Below are positions 39,540 to 50,770 of a stretch of 64,000 nucleotides of DNA, in pieces (the stretch's first letter is position 1; each line of letters starts with the position of its first letter). The translations under genes were made by a program, and so were the position numbers. The notes beneath the pieces are model-generated. The model did not search any database, was not told the DNA's origin, and saw only the letters and a program-made list of their open reading frames with translations. This stretch comes from Octopus bimaculoides (Eukaryota): the NCBI RefSeq assembly GCF_001194135.2, contig NC_068983.1, positions 50,449,833 through 50,513,832 of the forward strand, given 5' to 3'.

Positions 39540-39870
39540 TAACACAAGATGACACAGGCACTGGTGTGGATGTGTGTGGATGCGCAGGCATTGATGTGTG
39601 GTAAAATGTTTGCTCCGTACTTACATGGTTCCGAGTTCAGTCTTACTGCTTGGCATCTTTGACAAGTCACTTCCATTATAGCTTCTGTACCCCCACCATC
39701 GATTGTCAACTGTTGTTGGTTTGTTTACGTCCCTGTAACTTAGCGATAGGATAAGTACTAGGCTTACAAAGAATTAGTCCTGGGGGTCGAGTTGTTCGAC
39801 TAAATGGTGGTGCTTTAGCATCGCCGCAGTCATTTGACTGCAGCAAGTAAGAGAATAAAAGAACAAAAGA
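39540..39870 (+). mobile_element. Internally deleted SINE family B; 39540-39712 is the right arm of the inverted duplication
   Basis: Head gcgcaggcattgatgtgtggtaa, CORE-like ctttgacaagtcacttcc, then 3' part taagtactaggcttacaaagaattagtcctgggggtcga...gcagtcatttgactg. Confidence 0.88.
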
Positions 39871-39879
39871 TTATATTAA

Positions 39880-40092
39880 ATATATTGGTGGGGACTTGAG
39901 TGTTTCTGACTCTGTGTTTGACCCTCGCCACTGGTTGCTAAACGGTTTAGCTGCGCTTGCATCCCGATAACTTCGTGGAGATACAAACCGATAAAATAAG
40001 TACAGCGGTCGATTCATTCAGCTATGAATTCATCACGGCTGTGTCCCTGCGTGACCGTAGCTAAATGACTAAATTAAGTAAAAGTTAAAAGA
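39880..40092 (+). mobile_element. SINE family B, 3' part, degenerate
   Basis: ccgataaaataagtac...gtcgattcattc...gtgaccgtagctaaatgactaaattaagtaaaagttaaaaga. Confidence 0.6.
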
Positions 40093-41039
40093 TATATTTT
40101 CCGGCTTTGCATAAAGACATTCCTTATACATCTGGGTTTTAAATCCATGCCTTCGTCAGATCACCTGAAGACATGACTTTTTAACGGAAACTAAAAATTA
40201 TATAACAGAAATATATAGTGCATGTGAACCGATGAGATATTACGTCAAGTTTGTTTGACCCGCGTATGGGGATATATAATACGAATACATAAATTGGGTT
40301 TCCACATAAATTTATTTTTGCTTCTGAAAGAAACCGAGAAACATTATAATAAATATCTCACATTGATAAATGTGAAAAACAAAATTTTGAGAGAATGATT
40401 TATATACGATGTATTCATACACATGAAGCATTATTATGACACTGCAGTCTATTGCAATATCACTCCTGATCTATCTTCCAGATGCTCATAGCACGGTATA
40501 AGCATGAATAAAGTTAGAGCTCTAAAGTAGAATTATGATAAATAGCTCTAAATGATACACTTTATTCTTTCAAAGTTAAATGCTATGACTGTAGATACTA
40601 AAAACTACTCTGTAAGGTTGACCGATACTTCCAAGTGTTCAGTACAGCGATGGTTGTATATGTAGTTAAACAATATATGTCTCCGGCTAGTCTTACTCGA
40701 AACCATGTGTAACATTATTTACACTTCTACAAAGTAATCCGTCGCAGTCATCGCAATAGTGAGACTCGTATTTCCTAGCCAATGGAAATTCCAATTAAAG
40801 GATGCTTCTGACAACTTGTTTTCATATCAACAGAAAAATATATGTGGCATTGTGTATATTTATCATCCGTTTGTACGCATATAAATATTTAAAAATATAC
40901 AATCACTCAAGCACAAAACACATCTCAATGTTTATCTGTACGTTATATCTATCTATCCCCAATATATCATCAACAATTTACCCTCTACAAGTATTCATCA
41001 ATGATCTGGACTTGTTTTCATCGTTACGTTGCGGTGATG

Positions 41040-41170
41040 CTGGGGCATCACGTACAAAACTTTTGGACCCAATGTATTGATCCTAGTACTTATTTCATCT
41101 AAAGTCTGGTTCTTATTCTATCGGTGTCTTATGCCGAATCTCCATGTTACGGGGACTTGTTATCAAGCGA
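41040..41170 (-). mobile_element. SINE family B, 3' part
   Basis: ctagtacttatttc...ttattctatcggtgtcttatgccgaatc...gttacggggac. Confidence 0.65.
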
Positions 41171-41179
41171 TGATTTTTT

Positions 41180-41500
41180 ACTACACTGTCATGTCTGTGC
41201 TTATACCCCTTTTCTGCTAGCATAATGTGATTGCTACTTTCATTTCCTTTCTTGCAGACGATACATATACTGGCTGACTGAGATTTGTCAATTTGTTCAT
41301 CACATGTTTTCTAATGGCTTGTTTTAGAGCGTTTCTGCCTCTCGTTTCAAGTTCCCGTCCCTCCATCGGAGCCAGTAGTCTCTAATTCCCAATTCTCGGT
41401 TTGTTGCATGAATTGTCCATGGGGTTCCATTTCGTTCAGTCTATTTTACCCCTTGTTCTGTTTTGCCCTGAATTCTAATATCTCTGTCACATTTTGTGCA
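41180..41500 (-). mobile_element. R4/Dong-clade remnant, post-RT region with CCHC knuckle (not in ORF track)
   Basis: Minus strand: MEPHGQFMQQTE; GNLKREAETL; ICIVCKKGNESSNHIMLAEKGYKHRHDSV, paralleling MHGQF and CRLC..HLISEC..LAQKECKRLHDKV at 45700-46000. Confidence 0.75.
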
Positions 41501-41554
41501 TCTCTGGTTGCTGAGACCATTCTTTTTTTGCTCTGTACACGAAATTCAACTCCA

Positions 41555-41730
41555 TACTTTAAAGAGCGTCTTCTACTATAGCCTCACGCCGATCAAAGCC
41601 TGGTGAGTGGATTTCATAGACGGAAACTGAAAAGAAGCTCCTTGTCTGCATATATATTTATGTGGTGTGGCTGCGCCTCTGTGTTTGTGCCCTCATCACC
41701 TTCGCTTGACAACTGATGTTGGGGTATTTG
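41555..41730 (+). mobile_element. SINE family B, central part
   Basis: gtcttctactatagcctc...aaagcctggtgagtggatttcatagacggaaactgaaaagaagc is the reverse complement of 61575-61632. Confidence 0.8.
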
Positions 41731-42659
41731 CTGCGTATCCCATCTTCCGTTTAAATCATAGCATTTGTATTATGATTCCCCGAGGAATTCACTTTGAACA
41801 GGACTTACCTCACTTGTGGCACTTTTTCAATGTACACCGTGCAGAAACTGCAATGCTAGTTTTCTAGGAGTCAGAATTAGAGGTTAATAGTACTCTTATA
41901 TCCGTCTAAAGGCCACAATAAGCGGCTGAAGAAATATATGTTTGAATGGAAGATATTTTTCTGCAATATGCTGGTATCTTTCGTGTAACACTTTTGAAAT
42001 GCCAACGGAATTTCAGTGCCAGTTAATCACTACAGAAATTCTGTCACATATTGTACTTTGCTTTCTAAAATTATGCGAGAAATTTTGACTTTCTTTGCTA
42101 ATCTTAGCTATGTCATTTTCAGTTTCCTTTAATCGTGATTCTCTCTAACCACATTTGTCATAATGGTGTACAGAAACATTTACATGTTTCCAATAATCCC
42201 TTATATCAGTACACATCTGTTTTATCCTCAAAACTTTGGAATTGAGATTTGATCGAATTATATTATGTAGATTATTTGAGTGGCGGTGGAGGTAAATATA
42301 GGATGAAGTGGGCTTGCAAAATAACCCTGTCACTATTCTGCCTCGGGAAAACTTTAATGTTCAAAACTTCAATGCTAGTTTTTGAAAAACTAGACGTAAA
42401 TTTTACGTTGCATAACTGTCACAGAAATACAAGAAGTCAATTAAAGTATCTTGTGATCCTTCTCAAACAAAAACGACGTCATCAATTAGCCGTAAACAAA
42501 GTATCGGTTCATGATCGTGTCTCGAATTTTGTCTTGAACACAATAGCAGAAGGCATTCGTGCATGCTTCTACCCCTTCATCGTAGTCAATATTGGGACAT
42601 TAGGAAGAAACCTCCATGGCTACCAAATAAAACAGTTTTCGACAAATGCATTGTTTTTT

Positions 42660-43126
42660 TTTTTGTTTTTGTTTTTTGCCATGCTCGTGGGAGTTTATTT
42701 CACTGGCTAAATAGTGTATAAAGTGTGTCTTGCATTTGTGGGTTGTTTTGATTAGGCTGTTTTATTGAAATGCTAGTGGCTTGCTAGTCTGTTCCTAACA
42801 GGACTATTTTCGGTTAGTGTGTAGCGTTGAGGATCCAGGTATAGCTTCTACATTTCTGGTCATAGAAATTTTTATCATGCCTAGAGCTCCAATTATTATT
42901 GGTCAATATCGAGGTCTTTGCACTTCGACAATTTCTCCACTTCTTTTGGGGTGGGGGGGGGCAATATTTTGATCAGAAGGCACTGCAACGTCTATCTATG
43001 AGGTGCTTTTTCCCCAATCCTTGACTATTATGTTTTAAAGATTAACTTTCATTTCTTTGTCGGTTTCATCCGGCATATTCCAGATGATTGTGATCTGATC
43101 GTTGTCTTGTACTTTGCTTGCAGGTG
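42660..43126 (-). mobile_element. R4/Dong-clade 3' end (RLE remnant plus 3' UTR)
   Basis: Minus strand: KVQDNDQITIIWNMPDETDKEM; IDVAVPSDQNI; KEVEKLSKCKDLDI; PIIIGALGMIK; KIVLLGT; homologous to 57130-57530. Confidence 0.8.
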
Positions 43127-43480
43127 GGGGCTCAGTTAGAATTTCCTTCCGGCTGAATTGCTCGTCCCAATAAAACGGTCCGTATTCAACGAAATACCCA
43201 TGTTTCCAAATCACAATGAATTCCTCTCAACAAATGGCTATTTATGCTCCCCCACTACTTTTGATCGTAATCAGAGATGCACATATCATCGGCCACTAAT
43301 GGATATGCACAACTGGTCAAGGTAAAAAAAAAAGAAACTGACAAGCAAATCGTTGTATTGAGCAGAATATCTGCGGTAGCTCATCTTTCATACCAAGACA
43401 GAACAATGTACATGATAACATTTCCAATCGGTTAAGATCGTAAGCCATGAGAGCCACAACCTTGTACTGCATCTGGGCAT
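43121..43480 (-). mobile_element. Non-coding (TAA)n-associated element, 5' part
   Basis: Clearly homologous to 44770-45065 (gaattcctctcaac...atgctcccccactactt...tcagagatgcacatatc); begins directly at a (TAT)n array. Confidence 0.8.
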
Positions 43481-43483
43481 TAA

Positions 43484-43529
<46 letters not shown>

Positions 43530-43550
43530 GATCATCATCATCATCATTAT
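43484..43550. repeat. (TAT)n/(CAT)n microsatellite
   Basis: Direct inspection. Confidence 0.97.
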
Positions 43551-43864
43551 TATATCATACTTGCATGTGTTGCGCGAATGATTATCGTTCTTGTCATGCC
43601 TCTACGTTCGCGAAATAAATAGCTGACTCACATCAAAAAGCAACAGAATGACTAAATATAACTGTTGATAAAGTTTTTACGGAGACCGGATTATATTTCA
43701 CCAAATGGTTGGTAATTTTTGATTTCAGTTTACACATTGATTTTTAATGTCAAATATTGACACTCTTAAGCAAATATTAGATCTGATCCAAATAATCAAT
43801 ACGTTCAACGCCAATAATTGTTTTACACAGCATACTCTGTTAATCAGACCAAAATGCTATAGAA

Positions 43865-44323
43865 ACGACAGTGATGATAAATATGATGACGATGATGATG
43901 ACGATGTTGCTGATGATGACGATGTTTCTGATCATGACGAGACTGTTGATGATGACGATGATGGTGATGTACATAAGGATGATGATGTTGGTGTTGATGA
44001 AGAGAGTAATGAGGACGATGACGTTTATGATGTTGATCATTATAATGAAGATGATGATGATGAGGAGGAGGATGAGGAGGAGGCGACGGAGGAGAAGTAA
44101 GCGCAGGAAAATGTGTATTCCTATGATTACAATGGTGGTGAAGATGATGGTGTTGATGATGACAATAACAACGATGACAATGATGATGATGATGATGATG
44201 ATGATAACGTGTTGTGAAGCACGCGATGAGCATTGTGATGATAATTGTGGCAATACGGTGACGATAACAATGACACTGATAAAATCGACAACAATAAATC
44301 ACAGGGATATTATTATTATTATA

Positions 44324-44385
<62 letters not shown>

Positions 44386-44392
44386 CATTATT
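43865..44392. repeat. Degenerate (GAT)n/(GAG)n tract grading into pure (TAT)n
   Basis: Direct inspection; source of the acidic, poly-M and poly-H ORFs. Confidence 0.9.
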
Positions 44393-44498
44393 TTATGTTT
44401 GACTTTTGTTTTGCATTTGTACAAGTTGGATCCAAGTCTCACCCAGAGACCTCAAGAGACAAGTTAGAAGTTGATGTAGGTGTTATGGCTAGGGTATA
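44392..44498 (-). mobile_element. Short 3'-terminal stub of an R4/Dong-type element between (TAT)n arrays
   Basis: ~105 bp unique island; minus strand gaggtctctgggtgagacttggatcc followed by an (AAT)n tail. The family assignment is from recall of R4 3' UTRs. Confidence 0.5.
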
Positions 44499-44607
44499 TC
44501 ATTATTATTATCATTATTATTATTATTGGTGTTGTTGTTGTTGTTGCTATTATTATTATTGTTATTATTATTATTATCATTATTATTATCATTTTTATTA
44601 TTATCAT

Positions 44608-45065
44608 TGAGTGAGAGGTCAGTGCATGCCATCATGGTTACACTGGGGTAAAATATACTAAGCCCAATATGCCCATCATCACTAAGCGTCTGATAAGGAT
44701 ACACCAAGCACATGCATGACAACCATATGTGCGTGACATGTTGATTTCATTTCAAGATAAACAGCACAAGACAGGTGTGGCCCATTTAGAAATTTCTTCA
44801 GCTTGAGTAGCCTATTCCGCCCAAAAGGACCCTGCATAAGAGTTCCTTAAATATGTTGAACGAAATAGCCATGTTTCTAAAGGTGAATTATTCAAACCCC
44901 AAAGAATTCCTCTCAACACAGGGCTCTAATGCTCCCCCACTACTTCTGCTCGTGATCAGAGATGCACATATCGCCAACCACTAAAAGACATGTTTAACTG
45001 GTTAAAGTATAAAAGTTGACAAGAAAATCTATGGTATCGAGGATAATATTTTCTGTAGCCCATCT
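44608..45065 (-). mobile_element. Non-coding (TAA)n-associated element, 3' ~460 bp
   Basis: Flanked by (TAT)n on both sides; overlaps the 43121-43480 copy in homology; ends ...ctctcactc then (AAT)n on the minus strand. Confidence 0.8.
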
Positions 45066-45075
45066 ATTGTTGTTG

Positions 45076-45143
<68 letters not shown>

Positions 45144-45171
45144 GTTGTTGTTGTTGCTGTTGTTTTTATTA

Positions 45172-46905
45172 TTCCTTCGTAACAATGTGTTGGTGAAAAT
45201 GCACCGGAGTCTTTAGTTATCTGTCAAATCACAAGGACCACAGGCAGATAATACAGTACTTAAGATGTGCTCTGTGCTCTATAAGTCTACTTTTAGCAAG
45301 ACAAAAATCTCCACAGGATTTCCAGTTGCTTTAAGAAGTCTTGAAGTTTCAATGGGATTGAGCCCAACGCTCCGATCATCACTGGCATCACTTTTACATT
45401 ACCCTCTCGCATTCCATACAGTCTTGCCATTTTCACTTTCAATTCGGAGTACTTGGTTAATTTTTCAACCTCTCTAATCACAACATTCATGTCATTGGGT
45501 ATGGCTACATCAATGATCTGACACTATTTGTCTGTCTTATAAGGTACGGCAATATCCGGTCGACGATATTCGATTACACGATCCGGCTGAAAATCATAGT
45601 CCCCGACTATCGTTAATTTTCCATTCTCTTGAATAACTTTACTTGGTACATGCTCATTCCAGTTCTCTGTTACTTCATATTGGTATTTATGGCATAAGAG
45701 CCAATGCAAATACACACACACACACACACTTTATCGTGGAGGCGTTTGCATTCTTTTTGTGCAAGGTTCTCACATTCACTTATCAAGTGGGTCGCATTTC
45801 CCACACACTTTCCACAGAGTCTGCATTTCAGGGTGTCAAAAGTTTCAGTGAAGTATAGCATAAATGCTATACTTCACTGAAATGGTAGCGAGAGCATGGT
45901 CTTGTGCAGCAATGATCAGGCTTTTGATGGTATGCTTCAAATCACTTTGCTCAATCCATGCGCACGATGCTGTACTACCCTTAACGTCTTGTGTATTCTT
46001 TTCAAACTGTCCATGCATTCTTATTTGAAGAAGGTCTTCTTTTCTCTTCTCCTCAGATCTTTGGTTGAACTCTGCATTGCCTATCATTTTATCNNNNNNN
46101 NNNNNNNNNNNNNNNNNNNNNNNNNNNNNNNNNNNNNNNNNNNNNNNNNNNNNNNNNNNNNNNNNNNNNNNNNNNNNNNNNNNNNNNNNNNNNNNNNNNN
46201 NNNNNNNNNNNNNNNNNNNNNNNNNNNNNNNNNNNNNNNNNNNNNNNNNNNNNNNNNNNNNNNNNNNNNNNNNNNNNNNNNNNNNNNNNNNNNNNNNNNN
46301 NNNNNNNNNNNNNNNNNNNNNNNNNNNNNNNNNNNNNNNNNNNNNNNNNNNNNNNNNNNNNNNNNNNNNNNNNNNNNNNNNNNNNNNNNNNNNNNNNNNN
46401 NNNNNNNNNNNNNNNNNNNNNNNNNNNNNNNNNNNNNNNNNNNNNNNNNNNNNNNNNNNNNNNNNNNNNNNNNNNNNNNNNNNNNNNNNNNNNNNNNNNN
46501 NNNNNNNNNNNNNNNNCCATGCAGCATCATCGATTTTCTTGTCCTCCTATCCAGTGTTGATATTTCCTCCTTAGTCCATTTGAGGATGGACCCACTATAT
46601 CTGCCCAGATATTCATTACGGTAATCAAAGTTTTGGCATTCAGGCTGGATTCACCTTTTTTATACACCTCACTGGCTTTGACTTTTATTTCTGTGTGTAG
46701 AACGTCATCCAGTTTCATAATCCCTAAATATCTAAACCCACTACCGTCGGGCTCACCCATGGTCTCTCCTGATGTTAACCACAATCCTCTGCAGGCTGCT
46801 TTCTTTTGCCCTCTTTTTATATTAAGTACTGAGAATTTGGTAGTCCCGAATTCCATACCGATGTCTCTATCACATTTCTGGACTGATTTGGTTAAGGAAT
46901 TTATA
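45172..46905 (-). mobile_element. R4/Dong-clade element, 5'-truncated: RT C-terminus, CCHC knuckle, RLE endonuclease, 3' UTR, (AAT)n tail (gap at 46094-46516)
   Basis: DIGMEFGTTKFSVLNIKRG; FRYLGIMKLD; MHGQF; IIAAQDHAL; KCRLCGKCVGNATHLISECENLAQKECKRLHDKV; RRPDIAV; IIDVAIPNDMNV..REVEKLTKYSEL; PVMIGALG. Confidence 0.92.
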
Positions 46906-46996
46906 TTCTTCTTCTTCTTCTTCTTCTTCTTCTTCTTCTTCTTTTTCTTCTTCTTCTTCTTCTTCTTCTTCTTCTTCTTCTTTTTCTTCTTCTTCT
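46905..46996. repeat. (TTC)n microsatellite running into a gap
   Basis: Direct inspection. Confidence 0.97.
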
Positions 46997-47666
46997 NNNN
47001 NNNNNNNNNNNNNNNNNNNNNNNNNNNNNNNNNNNNNNNNNNNNNNNNNNNNNNNNNNNNNNNNNNNNNNNNNNNNNNNNNNNNNNNNNNNNNNNNNNNN
47101 NNNNNNNNNNNNNNNNNNNNNNNNNNNNNNNNNNNNNNNNNNNNNNNNNNNNNNNNNNNNNNNNNNNNNNNNNNNNNNNNNNNNNNNNNNNNNNNNNNNN
47201 NNNNNNNNNNNNNNNNNNNNNNNNNNNNNNNNNNNNNNNNNNNNNNNNNNNNNNNNNNNNNNNNNNNNNNNNNNNNNNNNNNNNNNNNNNNNNNNNNNNN
47301 NNNNNNNNNNNNNNNNNNNNNNNNNNNNNNNNNNNNNNNNNNNNNNNNNNNNNNNNNNNNNNNNNNNNNNNNNNNNNNNNNNNNNNNNNNNNNNNNNNNN
47401 NNNNNNNNNNNNNNNNNNNNNNNNNNNNNNNNNNNNNNNNNNNNNNNNNNNNNNNNNNNNNNNNNNNNNNNNNNNNNNNNNNNNNNNNNNNNNNNNNNNN
47501 NNNNNNNNNNNNNNNNNNNNNNNNNNNNNNNNNNNNNNNNNNNNNNNNNNNNNNNNNNNNNNNNNNNNNNNNNNNNNNNNNNNNNNNNNNNNNNNNNNNN
47601 NNNNNNNNNNNNNNNNNNNNNNCTCCACATATTCTACAGTTACTTGTTATCATATTCTACAGTTAC

Positions 47667-47669
47667 TTG

Positions 47670-47730
<61 letters not shown>

Positions 47731-47895
47731 GAAGTAGTAGTGGTAGTAGTAGTAGCAGTAGGAGTTGTAGTAGTAGTAGTAATAGTAGTAGTAGTAGTAG
47801 TATCAACAACGTTGACGGCGTTGGTGGTGGCGGTGGTGGTCGTGGTCGTGGTGGTGGTCGTGGTGGTCGTGGCAGCGGTTTTGGTGTATTTATTA
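47667..47895. repeat. Compound (TAT)n-(AGT)n-(GGT/CGT)n microsatellite
   Basis: Direct inspection. Confidence 0.95.
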
Positions 47896-48939
47896 TTATG
47901 ATAGAAAAGAAAGCGATTTAGCGATATTAAGAACTTAAGAGTTCGAGAAGGACAGAGACCTGTATTTCCCAATACAGGATTTTGGAGATGATGATGTCAA
48001 AATGTTTGTAAAAAAAAAAATTTAAGTATTATAAAAGTCAAAAACAAAAATGTGTAAAAAGCGTGAAATATTCAACAAAAACTGCAGTGTAAGAAAGGAG
48101 AGATAGAAGAAAGAGATAAGGATGATGCATGGAACAGAACGAGAAAGTGAGAAAATCACCATCGCACCAACCACAATTAAATTTAACGACACTCCATACA
48201 TAAAAACATCACATGCCAGAAAGAGCGAGGGAGTCTGAGAGATAGGAAGGCGAGAAAGTATGAATGCAAACGCTAGAAATATGAAAAATCAAGTATTCAA
48301 TATAAACGTTGCTTCAGGACATGAAAAACGAAGTAAAAAATATTTTACGTCTGAATACAAATGGAAATTTTTAGAAGTAAATTTTATTAACAGGGATTTG
48401 AGAGAAACGAATTTAATAATACAATAAGTGTATGAATATATGTATGAAGGATATTCAATGTATGCGAATATTGTGTGCATACATGGTGTTGTGTGTATTG
48501 GGCATATTTATATGTGTGTTACGATCGGCCGGATTGTACATATTGATAAAATAATATACACATATTCAAATGTGTACTTCTAAAACTGTAAATGTGTGTG
48601 TGTATGTGTGTGTGCATGTGTCTATAATTTATATGCATTGTACATGCATATTAACAAATTTGTTTCTGCGTGCTATAAATATATATATANNNNNNNNNNA
48701 CACATTCAGACAGAGACTGACATATGTATATGAGTATATGTATATATGTGTATAAACATTTATATATCCCATCAAATATTTAAATTAAAACCAAATATTC
48801 TAAAAATACGGAATTGATTGAATTTTTGAAAATAAAACATTCTGTTGGTTAATGAGAGATCAATGAAAATATAGTTAGGAAATAAATATAGTACAAATAG
48901 AAATATGTCGATTATTGTGACTATCGCGACAACGAATAA

Positions 48940-49230
48940 GGACAGTGATGTTGGGAGTATCGTTATCTAGAATGCCGTTGAAAATAAGGATAATGAGGAG
49001 GAGAAGGAGGAGGAGGAGAAGAATTAGAAGGGAGAGGAGTAGCAGAATGAGCAGAGGAGCATGAGGAGCAGCCGGTGGAAAAAATGTTGTCGACAATGAC
49101 AATGATGGTGATGATGGCGTTGGCACCTGTGAACATTAAGATGGTAATTATAATTATATGCAACGATAATAAGAATAATGTTAATGATGACGATGGGAAT
49201 GTTGACGGTGACAGTGATGTTGAAGATTTG
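48940..49230. repeat. Degenerate (GAT)/(GAG) trinucleotide tract
   Basis: Direct inspection. Confidence 0.8.
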
Positions 49231-49400
49231 AATAGCAAATTTCAGAAAAGGAAATGAAAGATGTGAAACAGGACAGTTGATATGTAAGAAGGAATGTCTG
49301 TTGATTTTTATTTCCGATATACTCTGTACATGATGGCAAATGAGGTTGAAGGTGTTGTGATGCGTCTTCTATTTCTGTGTGGAGACATTTCAGTCATATT

Positions 49401-49639
49401 TCTTATTTCCTTCTTGCCCACAAGGGGCTAAACATAGAGGGGGGGACAAACAAGGACAGACAAAGGGCTTAATTCGATTACATCGACTCCAGTGCGTAAC
49501 TGGTACTTAATTTATCGACCCCAAAATGATGAAAGATAAAGTCGACCTCAGCGGAATTTGAACTCAGATCGTAACGGCAGACGAAATACCACTAAGCATT
49601 TCGCCCGGCGTGCTAACGTTTCTGCCAGCTGGCCGCCTT
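49401..49639 (-). mobile_element. SINE family A, full length, alternative 3' tail
   Basis: Reverse complement: aaggcggccagctggcagaaacgttagcacgccgggcgaaatgcttag...gagttcaaattccgctgaggtcgac; tail ccttgtttgtccccc..tatgtttagccccttgtggg. Confidence 0.92.
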
Positions 49640-49774
49640 CAGGCATATTTCTGCGTCTGCATAAAGGTTATATGTATCTATATATTTGCAAACTTATTAA
49701 ACGTGTATGTGTGTGTACTTGTGTGTGATTGCCTCTGCATTTAGCAACAGAAAAGGTTCGCATTTTAAAAATCT

Positions 49775-49985
49775 TTTGTTTGTTTTGGTCATTGAATCAT
49801 TGAACGCAGACACGCTGGTGCACACTCTTCAAATATGAAATATGCAAACTCGACCACAGTACAAATTCTTTTTAAAAGTCTGATACTTTTCTATCGATCA
49901 CTTTTGTCGACCCGCTACCTTACGGAGAAATTAACAAAGCAACACCAGTTGTCAAGTGATGCGGAGCGACAAACAGATTCAAAAT
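49775..49985 (-). mobile_element. SINE family B, 3' part, degenerate
   Basis: cacgctggtgcac...ttctatcgatcacttttgtcgacccgct...accagttgtcaagtgatg. Confidence 0.6.
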
Positions 49986-50446
49986 GAAAATCGCATACAC
50001 ACACACGTGCGCATATATGTGTAGCGTGTGCTAGCATAGAGGCATATAACGTCTAATAATGTAGTCAAACCAAGGAATGATATGTTGTATATGTTAAATA
50101 TTGTGCGTTTCCGATAATAGATTGAAAGGAAATTCGACTTTTAATCAAAATCTTCGTTAGATTAGACATATCAAATATGATCACATTGATGGGATTAACC
50201 TACTAAGCATGGTCAAGAAGTTTGTAACGCCTACTACATGAGGAGACGACATGGCACGAAGGAATTGAATATTTATACGGAGAAAAATGGAAAGGGAGAG
50301 AAAGAGGATACATAAGAGGGGAAAGGGTATCAGAAAAGGGATTAAAAGGGATTAGTAGAGTAGTTTAAGGGCAGTGGAAAGGGAAGAGGAAGGGTCATCT
50401 AAATATCTGAATAAATAAATGTACTTAAGAACTATAGACTGTAAGC

Positions 50447-50582
<136 letters not shown>

Positions 50583-50583
<1 letters not shown>

Positions 50584-50770
50584 AAAGTGTGGCGTGTTAG
50601 TCTTGAAAAGAGTCAAAACCCAATGTATGGACGGGCTGGCGATACTGTCGGGGATGTTATGTGGCAGATAGAAGAGACGGGCTGTAAGTACTTGAGAATA
50701 TTGTAAATAGATAAGTTGATAGAGAAAGGAATGACCGAAAAAATTAAGGTGGAAGAGTTGTGCAGACTCG
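50583..50770 (+). mobile_element. R4/Dong-clade RT C-terminal remnant
   Basis: KCGVLVLKR...GDVMWQIEETGCKYLRIL*IDKLIEKGMTEKIKVE, equivalent to KFSVLNIKRG..GETM..FRYLGI at 46700-46830. Confidence 0.7.

Noticed and set aside
36604-39709. Two near-identical ~70-aa peptides suggesting a duplicated small gene
   Set aside because: They are antisense translations of a SINE head within the inverted duplication.
43380-43480. HDV-like ribozyme at the 5' end of the TAA-associated element
   Set aside because: A P3/L3-like ggc-tctcatg-gct is present, but I could not build P1, P1.1 or P2 pairings.
43747-44100. 117-aa acidic ORF (poly-D/E)
   Set aside because: Encoded by a degenerate GAT/GAG microsatellite that is open in several frames; no domain and no splice support.
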